From Eledone cirrhosa (taxonomy: Eukaryota): a stretch of 64,000 bases of DNA. Shown here piece after piece: positions 51,949 through 64,000 of this stretch. Within the stretch, counting starts at the first letter, position 1. Every line of letters begins with the position of its first letter. The notes below the pieces were generated by a model. It saw only the letters and a program-made list of their open reading frames with translations. It was not told the DNA's origin and ran no database searches. The translations under genes were made by a program, and so were the position numbers. The DNA lies in the NCBI GenBank assembly GCA_964016885.1, contig OZ024740.1, positions 273,048,001 through 273,112,000 of the forward strand. The letters run 5' to 3'.

Positions 51949-54900
51949 GATTTTATTTATTGGCCACAAGGGCTGACATTAAGAAAAAACATTACAGACG
52001 GCCCAGGACGGTACGATGGGGGTATTGTGCGTGTAAAGATTTTTATTATTTATATAAGAAACGAAAAAGAAAAAAATAGACATAGGAACATATATATATA
52101 AACAGTAAATATGAAAATTCAAAAAATGAAAAATTCCCCAATAGGGGGGAAACCTCCGAGGGTTACTCGTAGCGAAAACCACATAAAAGAACATGGCCAC
52201 CCTGAACACCAGGGCAAGCGCTCTCTCTCAAATTTTCCATTCCTCAAACCACAAGCGTATATTCAGAGCGGTCCCGTTCACTCGGACCATTCTCGCTACA
52301 TTAACCCACTTTTCAACAAACTTGCTAGAAGACAGCACTTGCTCTCCACCCTGATTTTTCTGTTCAAGTGAAACTTGAAAAAGTTAATCAGGGATTCACC
52401 GAAAAGGAAAGTGTCTGTCTTTAATTCTTTCAACCTTGTCCACCACACAATCTCTTTCGCCATGGCCACCAGGCAGATGAAAACTCCCTGCCCTTCCTCC
52501 TCGAAGGAAGACGGCGAGACCATCTGCACAATGGACTCAGTCGATAACCGGATCGGTCCTACACGCGAGAGCAGCTGTTCGACATATCTCCACAAGTCAG
52601 CAATGCTCGGGTATTGAACGAGTGCGTGCACGATGGTTTCGTCGCTCTGCGCGCATCTCGAACAGGCTCGGCTGACGGCACTTCAGTGCCTGTAGAGCTT
52701 ATCTCGAACCGGCAACGCTCCCCTGTAGCACTGCCAGGCCACGGATTTCTGGAAGTTATACATAGGCCCTTGGCTGAAAGTTCTCCCGAAGAGAGCAAAC
52801 AGCTGATCTTCTCATCGCCCAGGATCTCTCCGAGAACGTCGTCGCTATTCTCCTCCATCCACTAGTCCCTATAGAACTGGATGTTCCACCGATACTGGTG
52901 CCCAGCTGGCAGAGGGGGGGTGAATGCCTGGAGACATTCCAGTTTCCAAGCGCTATCCCTCGGTCTTTTCCTGACCAAGGATAGCAGCTCCGTCAAGGAG
53001 ACGAGCTGTGCGAAAACGTGCCCGGCGACCAGTGACCTCAGCTGTTCACCGTCAAGGAAGCACCAGAGATGTAGCAGCCTCCGCGCATGTTTGCGCATCA
53101 TCAGCGATAGCATGCACAGTCCTCCACGCAACGGGTGTTGACAGCAGATGCTTCGTCTGACCATGGCAGCGCGTCCCCTCCCTAAAATGCGGAAGAGGAG
53201 GCGCTCCATTTTGGTGAGAGTTGGGCCGGGGCAAGGGACGACGGTGAGGCGGTAGCAGATGGCGGATGCGATATATGCATTTGCCACCTCCGCCCGGCCT
53301 TTCAGGGACAGTTTCCTTTCGGCCCATTTCTGGGTGAGGGAGGCCACCCTGCTCGTCACCTCGCTCCAGTTTTTCTCCATCTGGAGGTCCGGTCCGAACC
53401 AGACCCCAAGCAATTTAACCGGTCCGTCCGTCCAACGCCCCACGACGCTGTCGGACGGTATGGACTTGCCTCTCCAGGTGCCGAGCTGCAACCCCACCGA
53501 CTTTTTCTGGTTTATCTTTGCTCCTGTCACTGCTTCGTATTCCTTGAGAGCGGTGCCGAGCATCTGGACGTGTCTCGTGCTCGACACCACTACGGTGACG
53601 TCGTCGGCGCAAGCCGACTCTGATTTCCTGCATCCTAGTTCGCGTGGGACGCCCCTCATCGCCCCCAGTTTGTGCAGTAACGGCTCGGGCCAATACGTAC
53701 AACAGGGACGAGAGGGGACAACCCTGCTGGCGGACCGAGCGCATGATTATGAAGGGCTGCAACATGTGACCGTTCAACCTCACCACCGAGCAGATGTCGC
53801 TGTACATCGCAGCAATCCAACACGTGAAAACGGCCCGAAACCGGCTGCCCCGAGGACCGCCGTCAGGTACCGATGGTAGACCCTATCGAATGATTTGGAT
53901 TGATCCAAGTTGATCAGGGTCACAGCCGTGTCAGGTTCTTTAACCACGCTCTCTACGATGTATCGCATGAGGTGGAGGTTGTCGTGTATGGGTTGCTAGC
54001 ACCTTGGCCAAAATCTTGTGTTTAGCAGAGTTATGGGCATGAAGTTATCGATAACATCCCCTTGTTCGGGTCTTTTCTCAGCAGCGCCACCTCTCGCCGG
54101 CTCACAAAATTGGGAATGCTCCCGTTCTGCTGTCAGTTGCAGTAGACGCCTGACAAAACGTCAGCGAACAAGTCTGGAATAAATGAATAAAGCTCGTAGG
54201 GCAGACCATAGAAACCTGGCGATTTACCCCTCGTGCAGTTTGCCATCGCTTCCCGTATTTCACCGGCTGTTATTCGCATTTCACAACACTGTGCTGCCGT
54301 CGTTGAGAGCCGAGGCAGTCCGTCGAGGTATGCACTGAAGTCCATACCCCGATCCGGCCCGCCGTTGCTCCCGAAAAGTTCAGCAAAATGCTGCTGAAAA
54401 GCCTCACACATCTGCTCGGGTTCGAGCAACACGCGCCCGTTTTCGGCAGACCAAAACCGAATTGTGGATTTGTTGCCACGTCGCGCCTCTTCCACCCGGT
54501 CCTATTGGACGGTTTTCGTCTCCTCGTGTTTCAGCACGCGTTCTAGCTCTGACAACGCAGCCTTTGTATTTTGCGTTGAAGAATTGGACGAGTGTCAATC
54601 TCGCCGCAAGCACGTCGGTTGCGATGCCTGTCTTAACGCCTCTTCTAGCTTTCTGACAAACTCTCCCTCTACTCTATTTTCCTCTATCACTAGTCCTTTG
54701 CTAAACCTAATGGACTCTACTTTAATTGCCCTTTTCAGGGCAAACCACCACCTGTTGTTGACGACCACTCCCGTCAACGTCCGCTCAACTAATACGCTAC
54801 TCCGGTCTCTGTAGGCTTTGTGCGCTGGGAAAAACGCGTTCAGCTTCCAGTAACCGGGTCCTTGTCTATGAAGTCTGTCTATGTCGATCTCACAGATCAC

Positions 54901-57900
54901 AAATTTGTGGTCTGTTTAGTCGACTATTTTAAATTGTAGACAACTTATACCAGCCTTATCTACTTCTCTACAGAATACCCTATCGAGATACGATCTGTAT
55001 GACCCGATGCGGTTTGTCCATGTCCACATTGGCACATTCGGGTGATCCAGTCGATACCTGTCAGACTGTTCAAAACGTCTGACAGGTTGGTGAGGCTCTT
55101 GCACCCTTATCCCCGACGCACTAGCCCCACACAATCCCAGCATCCATCGAAGATACCGTTCCAGTCGCCCACTAACACTAAAGAGCGGGACGTTCCAAGA
55201 AAGGTCTCTAGACGTCTGAAGAAATCTGGCCGTCCTGCCCCAGTTGGGCGTAGACGGCTACTAGCCTGAAAGCATTGCCTTCGCTGCCGGCCACATCCAG
55301 CACCACCGACTTACCTTCTGGGTCCAGGAAGATGGCCCGTATGGCGAGATCCAAGCCTCTCAGAAAAAGGATGGCAACCCCTCCCCCTATTCATGGAGGG
55401 CTGGGACATGCGTATACATCGTAGCCGCCGAAGATCGATGCGAAGGAACGTGCCTCGGAGATTCTGGTCTCGCTGATGGCCACCACATCTATGTTTAGTG
55501 ACCTGAGGTCGTTGAGCACATGACGCTGCTTCCAAGATGACCCCAGGCCACGTACATTTATACTGTCTATTCTAAGTACGGCCATATTGGATGAGAAACG
55601 GGGCAAGTGAGAAAGGGTCACTTAACTTGATCGTGTGGTGAAGGGACAGTAGAACCGTCCCTTTGGCTGGTCATGGGTGTTTTCAACAGGATGTCAGTGT
55701 ATATCTTCTTGGTAACCGACCCTCTGAAGTCTCCAACTGCGTTGGGGAATTTTTGTTTTAAAAGTTTGTAATGTTCTATTTTGATATCAATGATGCTTAT
55801 GTTTGTCGGGAGAGTTCTTGGTGCTGGTGGTGTGTAGTAGTTTTTCTCTGTGATGTCTTTTTGCTGCTTCATATGTTGTATGAGTTCTTTATTTGCGATG
55901 TCTATGGCTGTGTACCTTTTGGGTGAGAGGTGATTTTGTTGCTCTTTTCTCCTTGTTGATGTTGGGTGTGTGTGTTTTGTTGTGTTTGCGTTGTTGATGT
56001 TTTTGGTGATGCTGGTGGTGGTGTGGTTGTTGTTGGCGGTGGTGATTGTGGTGGAGATGGTGGTGGTGTTGCTGCAAGTCTCCTTGCAGCCTTTACCCCT
56101 CTTTGTGTGCCTTCGCTTTTGGAGGGTGAATCAAAGGGTTTTTTTCTTTTTTGTTTTTTTGTGGCAGACCGTTTGCCACTTCACTCCATGTCGGATTCCG
56201 TGGCGTCTGGCAGAGGTATGCGCTCCACGGCTGTTGGTGGTGGTAGTGGAGCCCTCTCCGGCGATTTTGTTGCTGGTGCAGCTACTGCAAATGTAACTAC
56301 TGGTGTTGCCGCCACTGATGCTGCTGCTTTAGTTGTCCGTGGCCTTGGTACGTGTTCCACGGACGCTGCCCTCTTACTCACCGTTGAGGGGGCTTCTGTG
56401 TTTGTTGCCTGCCATTCTCTTGGTAGCAGCGGACCAGGCATTGGAAGGAGAGGGGTCTTCTTCTTCGCTGCCTTCTGCGAGCAAAAGGCCCTGAGGTGAC
56501 CCTTTGACCTACAGAGATAACATTTTGGCCGTCTTCCTTCCACGCTTATAGGGAGCTCGAGTCCTTCCTCTAGGTCTATGATATCGGGGATAGCGTCAAT
56601 ACACTTCTGGTCAGTTTGTATAAGCATTTGCATGCCTATACCTGACCAGGTTTCTCTCCCTATTTTCTCTACTTGCAGCATGGTCGTCCTGTCCTCGATC
56701 CCAGCAAGGACAGACGCGGCCAGCCAAGGTATGGGCACGTCGGGTGGGACCTGGGTCACTTTGACCCTCACAATTTTCTGCCCGCAGTAGGAGGGCACCA
56801 AGACTATCTCCCCACTCTTTAGGGTTTCCAAAGTGTGAGACTTCACTTCTTGGGGGGTGGCGAAAAGTATGTCTACTGTGGTGTACTTTCTGCCTCGGGG
56901 GATGTGGGTTTTGCGCGCCCAGACGCACCCCATCCTTTTGTATTTGAGCCTAGGTGGCTCTCTCCACCCGATGTGACGTTTTGCTTATGGTGCAGTAAGT
57001 CACCGTCCGTAGCTGCTGGTCCTTGAAAAAATCGGGTGGAGTTTTCAGGGAAACTCTATTGGCGCTTCTTGTCATCATGGCCCTTGCGACTGCCATCTCC
57101 TCCTCTGCGACTAACACTGTCTCGATATTTCGGGTCACACCTGCAAAAGAAGTGGTCCCTTTTTCAGCAGCACCACTATTGCTGCCGTTACTGGTCTTAC
57201 TGGTGGTGCTGAGATCGCTGTTACAGGTATCGATGTCATTGTTGATGTTTTCGTTGGTACTGTTGTCGCTGTTTTTGCTGTTGTTGTTGTTTTCGTTGAT
57301 ACTGTTGTTGTTGTTACTGTTATTGTGGATGTTGTTATTATTGTTGTTTCTGTTGATACTGTTCCTACTATTATTGATGTTGTGGCTGTTTTTATTGTCA
57401 TTGTAATTCTTGTTCTCGACCTTACCGCTGTTATTTTTGTTATTGTCGTTCTCGACCTTACCGCTGATATTGTTGTTGTTGCTGTTGTTTTTGATGGTGT
57501 TGTTGTTGGTGTTATTGTTGGCGTTGTTTGTGTTAGAAATAGTTGGTAATTTTAAATCTGTGACAATATCATTAAAAATGATATTGTTCCTCTTTTCCTT
57601 CGTAATATTTCCTTTTACTAGAACGCTGTCTTGTTGATATGTTGACAAAGTCTTCCTCCCTCTGTGTTGTCTGACAGCGCTCTCTCTCTTTCTTGTGTTT
57701 TCTATGTTGAGAGAAATTTTGTTTTCAAATAATATTTTTAGATAATATGACACCCCGTAAAGGGGTACCGTATTATTTACGAGTGAATCCCTGTATTAGG
57801 TGGGGCACTTCTTCTAAATTGTTATCAAGTTTAAAACTTGAATAAAAGGTTTAGAACGGTTGAAAACGAGGTAAACTGTTGAAAAAAAATGGAGGCGATA

Positions 57901-57920
57901 AGAAGCGTGGCTTCACCATC
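51949..57920 (-). mobile_element. Tx1/L1-group LINE copy 5, full length, decayed
   Basis: ORF1 ~57705-55618 (poly-Asn, SFAGV, CYLCRSKGHLRAFC); ORF2 55585-~52244; tail cccttgtggccaataaataaaatc-(ATT)n. Confidence 0.94.
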
Positions 57921-58302
57921 AATAATAATTGTTTCTACTTTTGGCACAAGGCCAGCAAATTACCCAGTGCATTACTGGTACTTTATTTTATCAACCCCGT
58001 AAGGATGAAAGGCAAAGTCAACCTCGGCGTGATTTGTAATAACTAATAATAATTGTTTCTACGTTAGGCACAAGGCCAGCAAATACCCAGTGTATTACTG
58101 GTACTTTATTTTATCGACCCCGTAATAAATAATAATAATGATTTCTAGTATAGGCACAACTCCAGTAATTTGAGGGGGGAAAGGGTCAATTTCATTGACC
58201 CCCAGTACGTTACTGGTGCTTTATTTTATCGACCCCGTAAGGATGAACGGCAAAGTTAACTTCGACGGCATTTGAACTCAGAATGTAAAGGACCATAACT
58301 CT
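57921..58302 (-). mobile_element. Three stacked 5'-truncated SINE A copies separated by (AAT)n
   Basis: Tails at ~57930, ~58053 and ~58140. Confidence 0.9.
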
Positions 58303-58310
58303 AATAATAA

Positions 58311-58385
<75 letters not shown>
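58303..58385. repeat. (AAT)3-(AGT)n microsatellite closing the cluster
   Basis: Directly visible. Confidence 0.98.
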
Positions 58386-58902
58386 ACATACGACGAAATT
58401 TACAACTGCCTGAATACACTATAGAAAACGAATGATAATGTGCAATATTGATGGATCCTCATATCTATTGGGAATTATATATTATCACCAATAATTATAG
58501 AATGATTCATATGAAAATGGCGAACAAATTTGATGCTAAATCACAAGGATGGAACCTTAAAATTTGACGCAATTCATATGAAAACGCTAATATTTTAAAG
58601 TGATTCACTTTCATCAATTCATATCTGCCAGTCTCTTCCCGAATTGAGTTGAACACTAAACAGAACATGGAATAACTATAAGGTTGTAAGGAGAATTATC
58701 AGCAATTTTCTCCGTATGGATTACATTCGGTTATACAATACCTCACAGAAACAGCTGGAAAATATTTTTCAAAATATTGAAACATTATAGCTATGACATC
58801 CAGCCTGCGATAAAAAAAAGTTATGCCAGGGTCACATTCAATGAGGAAAAGTTCTCTAAAATGGTAAATTCAGAAATCTAAATCGGCCAGGTATTAAAAT
58901 GA

Positions 58903-59062
58903 AAGGGAACATATTTAACCCGGGTAAATATATAACCGGACAAAGTTGATACTTTAAATGTGAAATCAATTAGAAGTGGGAACTATGTAAGGGAACAGAT
59001 TTAACATGGACAAAGACCTAACCGGGCAAAGTTGATAATAAAACGTGGAATCAAATAAAATA
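58903..59062. repeat. Two diverged tandem copies of an ~86-bp unit
   Basis: aagggaaca.atttaac...aaccgg.caaagttgata...aa.gtg.aatcaa occurs twice. Confidence 0.75.
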
Positions 59063-59292
59063 AGATAAGATGTAAACAACCAACACTTCAGTAATTCTGG
59101 CAGCAAATTACGGTATTAATGAGATTCATTAGAATATGCAAAATATAATAAAATATTCTTGTCCCTAAATCAAGAGAATTATTAATATTTAGAGTATTAT
59201 TTGATACATAGGTATGCATAGTCAGTTTGGTTTAGACAATTACATAAAACGCAAAAATAATAAAAAACAAACAAACAAGAGACCCTACTAAA

Positions 59293-59511
59293 ATGATTTC
59301 TATTATAGGCACAAGACCAGTACTTTTTTTGGGGGGGGGGTCAATTAAATCGACCCCAGTACGTTACTGGTGCTTTATTTTATCAACCTCGTAAGGATGA
59401 AAGGCAAAGTTAAAATCGGCGGGATTTGAACTCAGAGAGTAAAGGGCCGTAACTCTATGCTGCAAGGCATGGCGTCTGACTCTCTACCGTTACTGCCAAT
59501 CCAGCGCCCTA
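59293..59511 (-). mobile_element. SINE family A with target-site duplication
   Basis: gagac(c/a)ctactaaaat flanks both ends. Confidence 0.92.
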
Positions 59512-60121
59512 GAGACACTACTAAAATAATTTAATAAATACGAAGAAAAAAACAAACCGAATGTTGCATTCAATAAATGAAAAAACGCCCAATCAGGCTT
59601 AAGCAGAATTATGTACTCTTACAGACAAGTTACTCCAAAAACAGGAATACACACGGCTTAGAAATAAAAATAATATATATGACAAAAGAAGTTAAATAAT
59701 TGTACACATACGCACACACATGCCTGTGTATGTATGCATCTCAGAAATATGTCTGTGTCTCCGAGTATGCAAGTATATATATATATATATATACACTTAT
59801 ATATGCATATATATATATATATATATATATATGCATATATAAGTATATCTGAGTGTATGTAAGTGTGCATATTGCAGTTATATGTTGTTCTCATTAAATT
59901 TTATTTTATTCTGAACATAGAAAACTAAATATCAGTGGAGACTAAAAACTTAAGCAATGTTGATTGTGACAGTTACATCTTCGTAAATTTATCATTTTCT
60001 CTTCTGTTTTTTTTTTTTATGTGATTCCATGAGTACTATAATTTTAGAATTTAGTGGGTCTCCGTCGGTTTCGACGATAGATATTTGAACAACAGGAAAT
60101 TAACGTGTAAACGGCTGAGCT

Positions 60122-60167
<46 letters not shown>

Positions 60168-60289
60168 GCGCGCGCGCACACACTTATATATATGTATATA
60201 TATATAGTGTTTTTGCAACAATAAAACTTTAAAGGAACATCACCAGTTCGGCCTTCTGTTGTTAATCAAACCAATATATATATATTTAC

Positions 60290-60321
<32 letters not shown>

Positions 60322-60322
<1 letters not shown>

Positions 60323-60445
60323 ACAAAGAGGGTGTGGTCATGTACCAGGTGGACCATAGCGCACTAAAGTACTCAATACTTAGGGTAGTAAAGTGGGTAA
60401 TAGGGAAAAGTCCGGACTCCGACGGCTGAGCTCCGCCCGTTTCGA
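60322..60445 (-). mobile_element. Penelope-like mini-element of the 23.7-24.2 kb family, abutting a plus-strand SINE tail (~60460-60490)
   Basis: aagtactcaatacttagggtagta..ggactccgacggctgagctc..gtttcgac. Confidence 0.75.
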
Positions 60446-60569
60446 CATGGGTAATTTCTCGCCTTGTGCCAAAAGTAGAAACAATTATTTTATTTTGGTT
60501 TGCTTGAACATGGTTACCTAAGATCCTTGCGACATCATCAGGCTCGGATTGCACACACACACACATAAG

Positions 60570-60607
<38 letters not shown>

Positions 60608-61481
60608 AATATATATATATATATGCACACGCGAACACATATACATCTTCACATATATCTATTTATACATACGGTCATACATATGTATATATGTTATATA
60701 ACTGCATAAAATTATATTCTCAATCAACTTTTCGATGTTACTAACAACTAAAACATCTGCAATTGCTGCAACAAAAACAGTATTAGGAAATTACGAAACA
60801 ATATATATTACAGATTATCAACAGTAAATATTTAAAAATTATTTTAAAAACATTTAAAAAACCCAAAGATTATAACAACTGTTGAACATATAAAAGTAAA
60901 TATCAGTTCCAAGGGAACGACTATGAACAACAGCTATATCTAAGCATACGAAAAAAAATAACAATAAGATGAACTCCAGAAAACACCACTCTTATTGTTA
61001 CCAGTACTAATAAGAGTAGTCAAGACATTCATGATAATCAACCAATAACAATAACAAGAGCAACAATAAGTACAGTGAGAAAAAAAAAGTACTACAATTT
61101 ACTGCTAAAACGTCATGTCTGTCTGACTATACACCTGACAATATTTCAGCTTTCCTTAAAAGCTAGTATACATTTCTCCTGAGTTATGTGCTGCCTTCAA
61201 ATTTACATAAAATTTTACAATGCAACAAATAGCCTGGCTGGAAGCCAAGATATGTATTCTGGGACCCATGTTGCTTTATTTTAATTTGTTGTTTTGTTAT
61301 TGTTCTTTCTCAATGTTTTCTCTTTTTCGTATGATATAGACATATGTGTGTATATTGTGGGTGTATACATATATATATATACATGTATAGATATATGCAC
61401 ACGTACATATATACACACACATATATATATGTATATATATATACACATATGTATGTGTGTGTGTCTGTGTGTGCGTGTGTG

Positions 61482-61530
<49 letters not shown>

Positions 61531-62751
61531 TATAGATAGACACATATACACGCACACACTCTCACATATAGAGATTTCTTGGGTTATTTATCAGTCTTGA
61601 AAATAAAATGTTTAGACTCAGCTTTCCACTACAGATGGAAACATATAACTTTGTACTTCTAGACACTGAACTGACAAATTCAGCTGCATAGCGACAGAAT
61701 CATAAATGTCATAGGAATTTTATAATTTCATTCCGCTTCTCCACTTTTGAATGTGTTTTATCAGTAAGTAACTTTTCTATATGATAATATACTAAACAAA
61801 GATGACTAGTCTTTATGGACTGCAATATATTGACTAATAATCAATTATGTCTATATATTATAATCTATCGAATAAGGATTAATATTTCTAGACAGCAATA
61901 TATCGAATTATTATCCATAATGATGGTATGGTGCAATAACTTCTGGGAAAGTTTTTGAAACGCCGTATTTAGATACGGCGTTTCTTGGGCATTTAAAGCC
62001 TGGCGGTGACCCTCCATCTCCAGGCCTGTGTTCGGCAGATTTCTTTCAGTGAAAGATCGAGAGTGAGAGATAGGAAATGAGAAGGAGATATAAGGGAAGA
62101 ATCGCCTCCAGTACTAAACTAGTACTTTTTTTAATCGACCTTAGAAGGATGAAAGGCAAAGTTGACGTCAGAGCAGAGAGCCGGAACGAATAACATTCTA
62201 TCCGATGTTCTAACGAATCTGTCAATTCCCTGCCTATTATCCATAACGATACTAGGTTGTAATTTACTGACATATGATCAATATTTCTAAGTTATAACAC
62301 AATGACCAAGGATGAATATTATTTTTACCATAAAGATTTATTTAATATATATCAATATTATTTTTATATTCAAATTTTTTGAGTAAGTTCCAATAATGTT
62401 TCGTATTTACTGAATAAAATTCAATATGTCGACAATATCATTGTCCAAATATCATTTTCTCTAAATACGCTTTAAAGTTTACATATACTGCCTAAAAATC
62501 AATAATATCTATATGTTGTAATTTACTGAATAAAGTTCAATATTTGTTTCAAGATTAGCATTTATCGAATAATATTCAATAATAATTTAGTGTACAATGT
62601 TCAATACTATTTCTGTAATGTAATTTCCCGAATAATGTTCAATATTGTTTTTGAATTGTAATTTACAGAATACAGTTCAATATTCTTCCTGGATTTTGAT
62701 GCATTGAATCAGAACCAATATCATTTATAGACTATGATTTTATTAATAAAG

Positions 62752-62960
62752 ATTGTTTCTACTTTTAGCCAGCAATTGGAAGGAAAGGAGAAATTCGATT
62801 ACATTGACCCCTGTACATTACTGAAACTTTATTTTATTCACCCCGTAATAATGTAAGACAAAGCTATGCTCGACCGGATTTGAACTCAGGACGTAAAGGG
62901 CCGTATTTGCATGCCACAAAGCTTTTTGCCCGAAGCTCTACTAATGCTGTCAATCTACTG
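62752..62960 (-). mobile_element. SINE family A, diverged
   Basis: Tail, core and B box (ggatttgaactcag on the plus strand). Confidence 0.8.
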
Positions 62961-63235
62961 TTATTTTAATAATTCTCTCCGCCCCCTAATGTTTACTTGA
63001 GCAAAAATCAATGGTACTTCTCCCATGTAATATACTGAATAAGGATTAATACGTGTGGCGAGCCACATATATATTCTAGACATTAGAAAAAAACAGATTT
63101 AGGCTTCACCATCGACGGAGAGATGGCTCAAGACGAAGAATATTTGTTCTATATTGTAACGTACTAAATAAACATCAATATAGGATCCAGAAGAAACTCA
63201 CTGAATAGGGATTAATATTATTGAAACCTTATCAT

Positions 63236-63452
63236 GGGCGGTGAATTGGCAGTATCGGTAGAGGGTCGGACGCCATGATTTGAAGCATAGAGTTATGGCC
63301 CTTTATGATCTGATTTCAAATCACGCCGAAGTTAACCTTGTCTTTCATCCTTACGGGGTCGATAAAATAAAGTACTAGTCACTCACTGGGGTCGATTTAA
63401 TCGATTTTCCCCTCCCCTAAAATTACTGGTCTTGTGCCTATATAAGAAACCG
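63236..63452 (+). mobile_element. SINE family A, full length with 17-bp target-site duplication
   Basis: ttattgaaaccttatca occurs before the head and after the tail. Confidence 0.93.
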
Positions 63453-63567
63453 TTATTGAAACCTTATCACGTACTAAATAATTATCGGTAATTATTTTAG
63501 CTTACAATTTACTGAATAACGATAAATATTGTTTCCATATTGTAATGTAATTTACTAAATTTAATTT

Positions 63568-63745
63568 AATAATTATTTCTACATTTGGCACAAGGCCAGC
63601 AATTACCCAAGTGCATTACTGCTACTTTAATTCATCGACCCCGTCAGGATGGAAGGCAAAGTTAAACTCAGCACGCAAAGGGCCATAACTCTATGCTGCA
63701 CAGCTTGGTGCCTGACGCTCTACCGATACTGCCAATCCACCGCCT
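63568..63745 (-). mobile_element. SINE family A with internal deletion of the B box
   Basis: Tail, core and A box present. Confidence 0.85.
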
Positions 63746-64000
63746 TTGATAATAGTAATTATATAAATAAATATATAAATAATTATATTAATAGTTACAT
63801 AAATAAATACACAAATAAATACATAAATATTTATATAGATAAATATATAAATATTTATATAGATAAATATATAAATAAAGATGCTTGATTCTGTCCTGTT
63901 TGAAGACACCTGATAAGGATGGTATATCCAATGAGCTACAAACCGTTATTTTTGCAGGTACATCTGCTTTAGTTAGGAGAGATCTAAAAGTAAAAAGACA

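Larger units (their letters stand above)
61780..63560. repeat. Decayed AT-rich minisatellite (unit ~ttgtaatttactgaataa.gttcaatat) interrupted by SINEs
   Basis: Recurrent tttactgaataa..ttcaatat motifs, clearest at 62400-62700. Confidence 0.6.

Noticed and set aside
57921-58302. Regularly recurring short repeats resembling a CRISPR array
   Set aside because: They are stacked truncated SINEs in eukaryotic DNA, with no unique spacers or cas genes.
63236-63330. A box/B box as a tRNA gene
   Set aside because: No cloverleaf, long A-B spacing, and it continues into the SINE body and tail.

Overview
Repeat-rich, AT-rich metazoan DNA (repeat content suggests a cephalopod such as octopus; this is inference) with no confidently identifiable host gene. 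About half the window is non-LTR retroelement sequence: five Tx1/L1-group LINEs (ORF1 with a CCHC knuckle; ORF2 APE-RT-CCHC), three R4/Dong-clade LINEs (RT plus restriction-like endonuclease), one Naiad-type Penelope-like element (RT plus GIY-YIG), about 15 copies of one tRNA-derived SINE, small Penelope-derived remnants with hammerhead ribozymes, a mariner-type MITE, many microsatellites and a 200-N gap. The main structure is a ~23 kb train (35.3-58.4 kb) of six LINEs and three SINE fragments laid end to end, each separated by (AAT)n. Polarity is strict: Tx1 and SINE on the minus strand, Dong on the plus strand. The SINE shares its 3' tail with the Tx1 LINEs. Several Penelope mini-elements are self-templated palindromes built at a hammerhead stem. 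Element boundaries were read by eye and are approximate.
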